A DNA stretch of 64,000 nt from the NCBI GenBank assembly GCA_029246995.1, contig JAQWMB010000027.1, positions 107,072-171,071 of the forward strand. The letters are read 5' to 3'. Origin of the DNA: Dehalococcoidia bacterium (GTDB taxonomy: Bacteria; Chloroflexota; Dehalococcoidia; UBA2979). The notes below the pieces were generated by a model. That model worked only from the letters and a program-made list of their open reading frames with translations. It made no database searches and was not told the DNA's origin. Positions 61,822 through 64,000 of this stretch are shown here, one piece after another. The translations under genes and the position numbers were made by a program. The stretch's first letter is position 1, and each line of letters starts with the position of its first letter.

Positions 61822-62640
61822 TTATAAAAAGAATTTATTACTTTCTAAGTAAATAATTACCGTGCTACTTGCAACAACTACAATGAGATATTCAATAATA
61901 ATAGAAATAGTTAATTTTTTATTTAATTCAGCATTTATAAGTCCTGCAGCAAAATGAAAGAATATTAAACCAGTAATGACTATAATTTCTTTGCTGAGTA
62001 TTAAGTTATTTATTAAAATCCAGAATTCTAAGAACACAACTGAACACGCCATTACAGATAAAAGGTTAACTAGAGGCCTTCTGTATGGATTGTAAAGATA
62101 ATTTGTTGACAGCATGTATATGCCTATACCAATAATTGTAAATTCTTCAGTTTGCGAAAAATTTATGCGTTGCACTAAAATGAGTAATGCAATTAATAAG
62201 AAGTAACAAAATAATGAATTTATGAAATCGGCTCCATGATTAATATTTTGATAATTTATGTTAGATATTTTGAATGAAAATATATAGATAATAAATGGTA
62301 TATATAGAATCAAGATCTGCAACAAATTTAATGAATCAGTTATGGAAAAAGCAAGGTACGGAATTATGATTGCATATAATGCAGGTAGCATTGAAAAAGG
62401 CAAAAGTATTAATTGTATACTGTATTTTTGATTTGATCGCATTGAAGCTATTGTAGCAAAGCCAAAACTAGCTATAAGTGCACTGATAGGGAAAAGCCAG
62501 GAAATATTTGGGAAAAAATTAATTGAAACCGAAAATAATATAAAAAATATTATTCCATAAATAAATAACTTATCCCAAGAAACTAACGCTTGAGTAGTTT
62601 GTGATTTTTTTTGTTGATTTAATTCAAATATTTTACTCAT
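61822..62640 (-). CDS. Polytopic membrane protein of unknown function
   Basis: About 8 hydrophobic helices. No recognisable motif. Confidence 0.55.
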   Translation of the reverse strand: MSKIFELNQQKKSQTTQALVSWDKLFIYGIIFFILFSVSINFFPNISWLFPISALIASFGFATIASMRSNQKYSIQLILLPFSMLPALYAIIIPYLAFSITDSLNLLQILILYIPFIIYIFSFKISNINYQNINHGADFINSLFCYFLLIALLILVQRINFSQTEEFTIIGIGIYMLSTNYLYNPYRRPLVNLLSVMACSVVFLEFWILINNLILSKEIIVITGLIFFHFAAGLINAELNKKLTISIIIEYLIVVVASSTVIIYLESNKFFL

Positions 62641-62648
62641 AATTCACT

Positions 62649-63368
62649 TTATTTTTGATTGTTAAATACTACAGTATGAATTTCTTTAAGTGAATTGATG
62701 CTTTTTTTTATTTTTTTTTCAGCTTTTCTATCAATCAGAATAGCATCAATTCCAATTTGCTTTGGGCCATAATAGTCATTTTCTAAATCATCACCTATGA
62801 ACAATGCTTCGTTAGTCGTAGTTTGCATTTTTTTTATCGCATCTTTATAAATATTGTGATGAGGTTTTCTGTAACCTACCTGAGCGCTGGATAAGATAAT
62901 TTCAAAAAAATCTGCTATTTTTAAATTATTAATGATTTTATCGAGATTCCATAAATGATTAGAAACTATCCCCATCTTTATATTTTTTGTTTTTAAATCC
63001 TCTAAAGTTTCTATTACATCATCATATAGAAAATAGAATTTTAGATTAGATTCAAGCACATAGATTCTTTCAGTTATATCGTCAATAAAATCAGTAACTC
63101 CCATTTTTTTAATTCGCTCAGCATGGATATCTTTTCTTAATTTTTTATACTTGCCTGATGACTCAGATTCTGAAAGATGACTAATGCCTTCATGAGTCAT
63201 CCATTTTAACCAAGCATTCTTAATTGGCATTTTTTTTAAAGAATTTTCTTTTAAATCGATACCAAATTCTTTAATTGCTTGTTGATAAATTTCTTTATGT
63301 GTAGGCAACATATATCCTAATGTCCCATCAAAATCAAATAGCACAACTTGCTTAGCAATATTTTTCAT
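62649..63368 (-). CDS. HAD-superfamily hydrolase
   Basis: VVLFDFDGTLG (DxDGT), IVSN, FIGDDLENDYYG. Confidence 0.85.
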   Translation of the reverse strand: MKNIAKQVVLFDFDGTLGYMLPTHKEIYQQAIKEFGIDLKENSLKKMPIKNAWLKWMTHEGISHLSESESSGKYKKLRKDIHAERIKKMGVTDFIDDITERIYVLESNLKFYFLYDDVIETLEDLKTKNIKMGIVSNHLWNLDKIINNLKIADFFEIILSSAQVGYRKPHHNIYKDAIKKMQTTTNEALFIGDDLENDYYGPKQIGIDAILIDRKAEKKIKKSINSLKEIHTVVFNNQK

Positions 63369-63379
63369 TTTTTAACTTT

Positions 63380-64000
63380 CTAAGTTGATAATTCTGTGAT
63401 AATTTCTTTGATCTTAATTAATTTTTCTTCTTTATTATAGTTAAAAGCAAGTTCTATTTTTTTTGTACCTTTATTTAAAATTTGTTTAGCAAATTTTTTT
63501 TCAATTTTATTCCAGGGTAATTCCTTTTGTGAAAGAAGAGTCAATGTATTCTGTTTAATTGAAATTGACTCTATGTTTGCGTGCTTTGCAGCTAGATTGA
63601 TTGCTTGTATGTGGAATATATTAGAAATTTCTTTAGGGCTTTTACCAAATCGATCTTCTATTTCTTCTTCTAGATTGTATATTTCTGTTTCTTGTTTGCA
63701 TCGACTTAATTTTCTGTAAAAATCTAACTTCATTTCATTTTTTTGCATATAACTGTCTGGAATAAATATTTTTAAATCATAATCAAAATCAATTTTTGCA
63801 AAAAATTCATAATTTAATGCTTGTTTCATTAATGGCATGTTACTTTTTTTATTTGTAATTGCTTCTGATAACATTTGAGTATATAACTCTAGACCAATTG
63901 CTGAAATATGGCCACTTTGTGCATCTCCTAGTAAATTACCCGCACCTCTAATTTCTAAATCTTTTAGAGCAACTTGAAAACCTGAACCTAGGTTACTAGC
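63380..64000 (-). CDS. mfd: Transcription-repair coupling factor, C-terminal part (gene continues beyond the window)
   Basis: Frame is open to the window end. SNLGSGFQVALKDLEIRGAGNLLGDAQSGHISAIGLELYTQML, then a TRCF C-terminal domain. Confidence 0.88.
   Translation of the reverse strand, partial: ASNLGSGFQVALKDLEIRGAGNLLGDAQSGHISAIGLELYTQMLSEAITNKKSNMPLMKQALNYEFFAKIDFDYDLKIFIPDSYMQKNEMKLDFYRKLSRCKQETEIYNLEEEIEDRFGKSPKEISNIFHIQAINLAAKHANIESISIKQNTLTLLSQKELPWNKIEKKFAKQILNKGTKKIELAFNYNKEEKLIKIKEIITELST

Noticed and set aside
1-64000. Mobile elements, prophage, CRISPR-Cas, toxin-antitoxin or known defence-system genes.
   Set aside because: No transposase, integrase, recombinase, phage structural gene, cas gene or typical small TA pair was seen in any frame. 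The window looks like core chromosome with a few accessory metabolic genes.

Overview
AT-rich (about one-third G+C by eye), very gene-dense bacterial chromosomal segment. It carries about 70 protein genes and 2 tRNAs. I found no rRNA, CRISPR array, transposase, integrase or prophage. Spacers are short, many same-strand starts and stops overlap (ATGA/GTGA), and several convergent genes share or overlap their stop codons, which fits a streamlined free-living (marine-type) genome. I cannot assign taxonomy from sequence alone; the gene content and rsmD-coaD synteny would fit a Chloroflexota/SAR202-like or similar lineage, but that is a guess.

Content in order:
- MacA/MacB-type ABC efflux, then panD, an acyl-CoA dehydrogenase, a secreted trypsin-like lipoprotein and a Cas4/RecB-like nuclease.
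- A peroxiredoxin followed by a flavoprotein disulfide reductase.
- A run of amidohydrolase, alpha/beta-hydrolase and MOSC genes.
- metE and metF.
- Nitrilase with a leaderless family-5 solute-binding homologue, then tRNA-Ser.
- A membrane-anchored 7Fe ferredoxin fusion.
- serS, lysS, rsmD-coaD, leuS, an MMPL transporter, tRNA-Ala, rsmG and greA.
- A 10-gene System I cytochrome c maturation operon ending in ctaB, divergent from a caa3-type oxidase operon (ctaCDEF).
- nadE and folP.
- A small C-N/imine metabolism island (SDR, amidase, quinone oxidoreductase, triple-RidA fusion).
- The C-terminus of mfd.

Most notable observations:
1. Two listed ORFs (59899-60489 and 60565-60777) are one GrdB/PrdB-family gene interrupted by a single in-frame TGA. 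The TGA sits in a U-x-x-C context with a hairpin just downstream, so this is a probable selenoprotein. It is co-operonic with an 82-aa protein and a LipL/LplA-like lipoyl/octanoyl transferase, and it lacks all classical glycine or proline reductase partners.
2. A single-chain triple RidA (a covalent pseudo-trimer) lies divergently next to it.
3. A 7Fe ferredoxin is fused through two TM helices to a nuclease-fold-like domain.
4. A disulfide reductase has no canonical start codon upstream of its FAD fold. It probably starts at AUC, in frame with the peroxiredoxin stop.
5. An uncharacterised bitopic 340-aa protein and an unlisted ccmD lie inside the ccm operon.

All functional calls rest on motifs read from the translations and on recalled family knowledge. 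No database search was possible.
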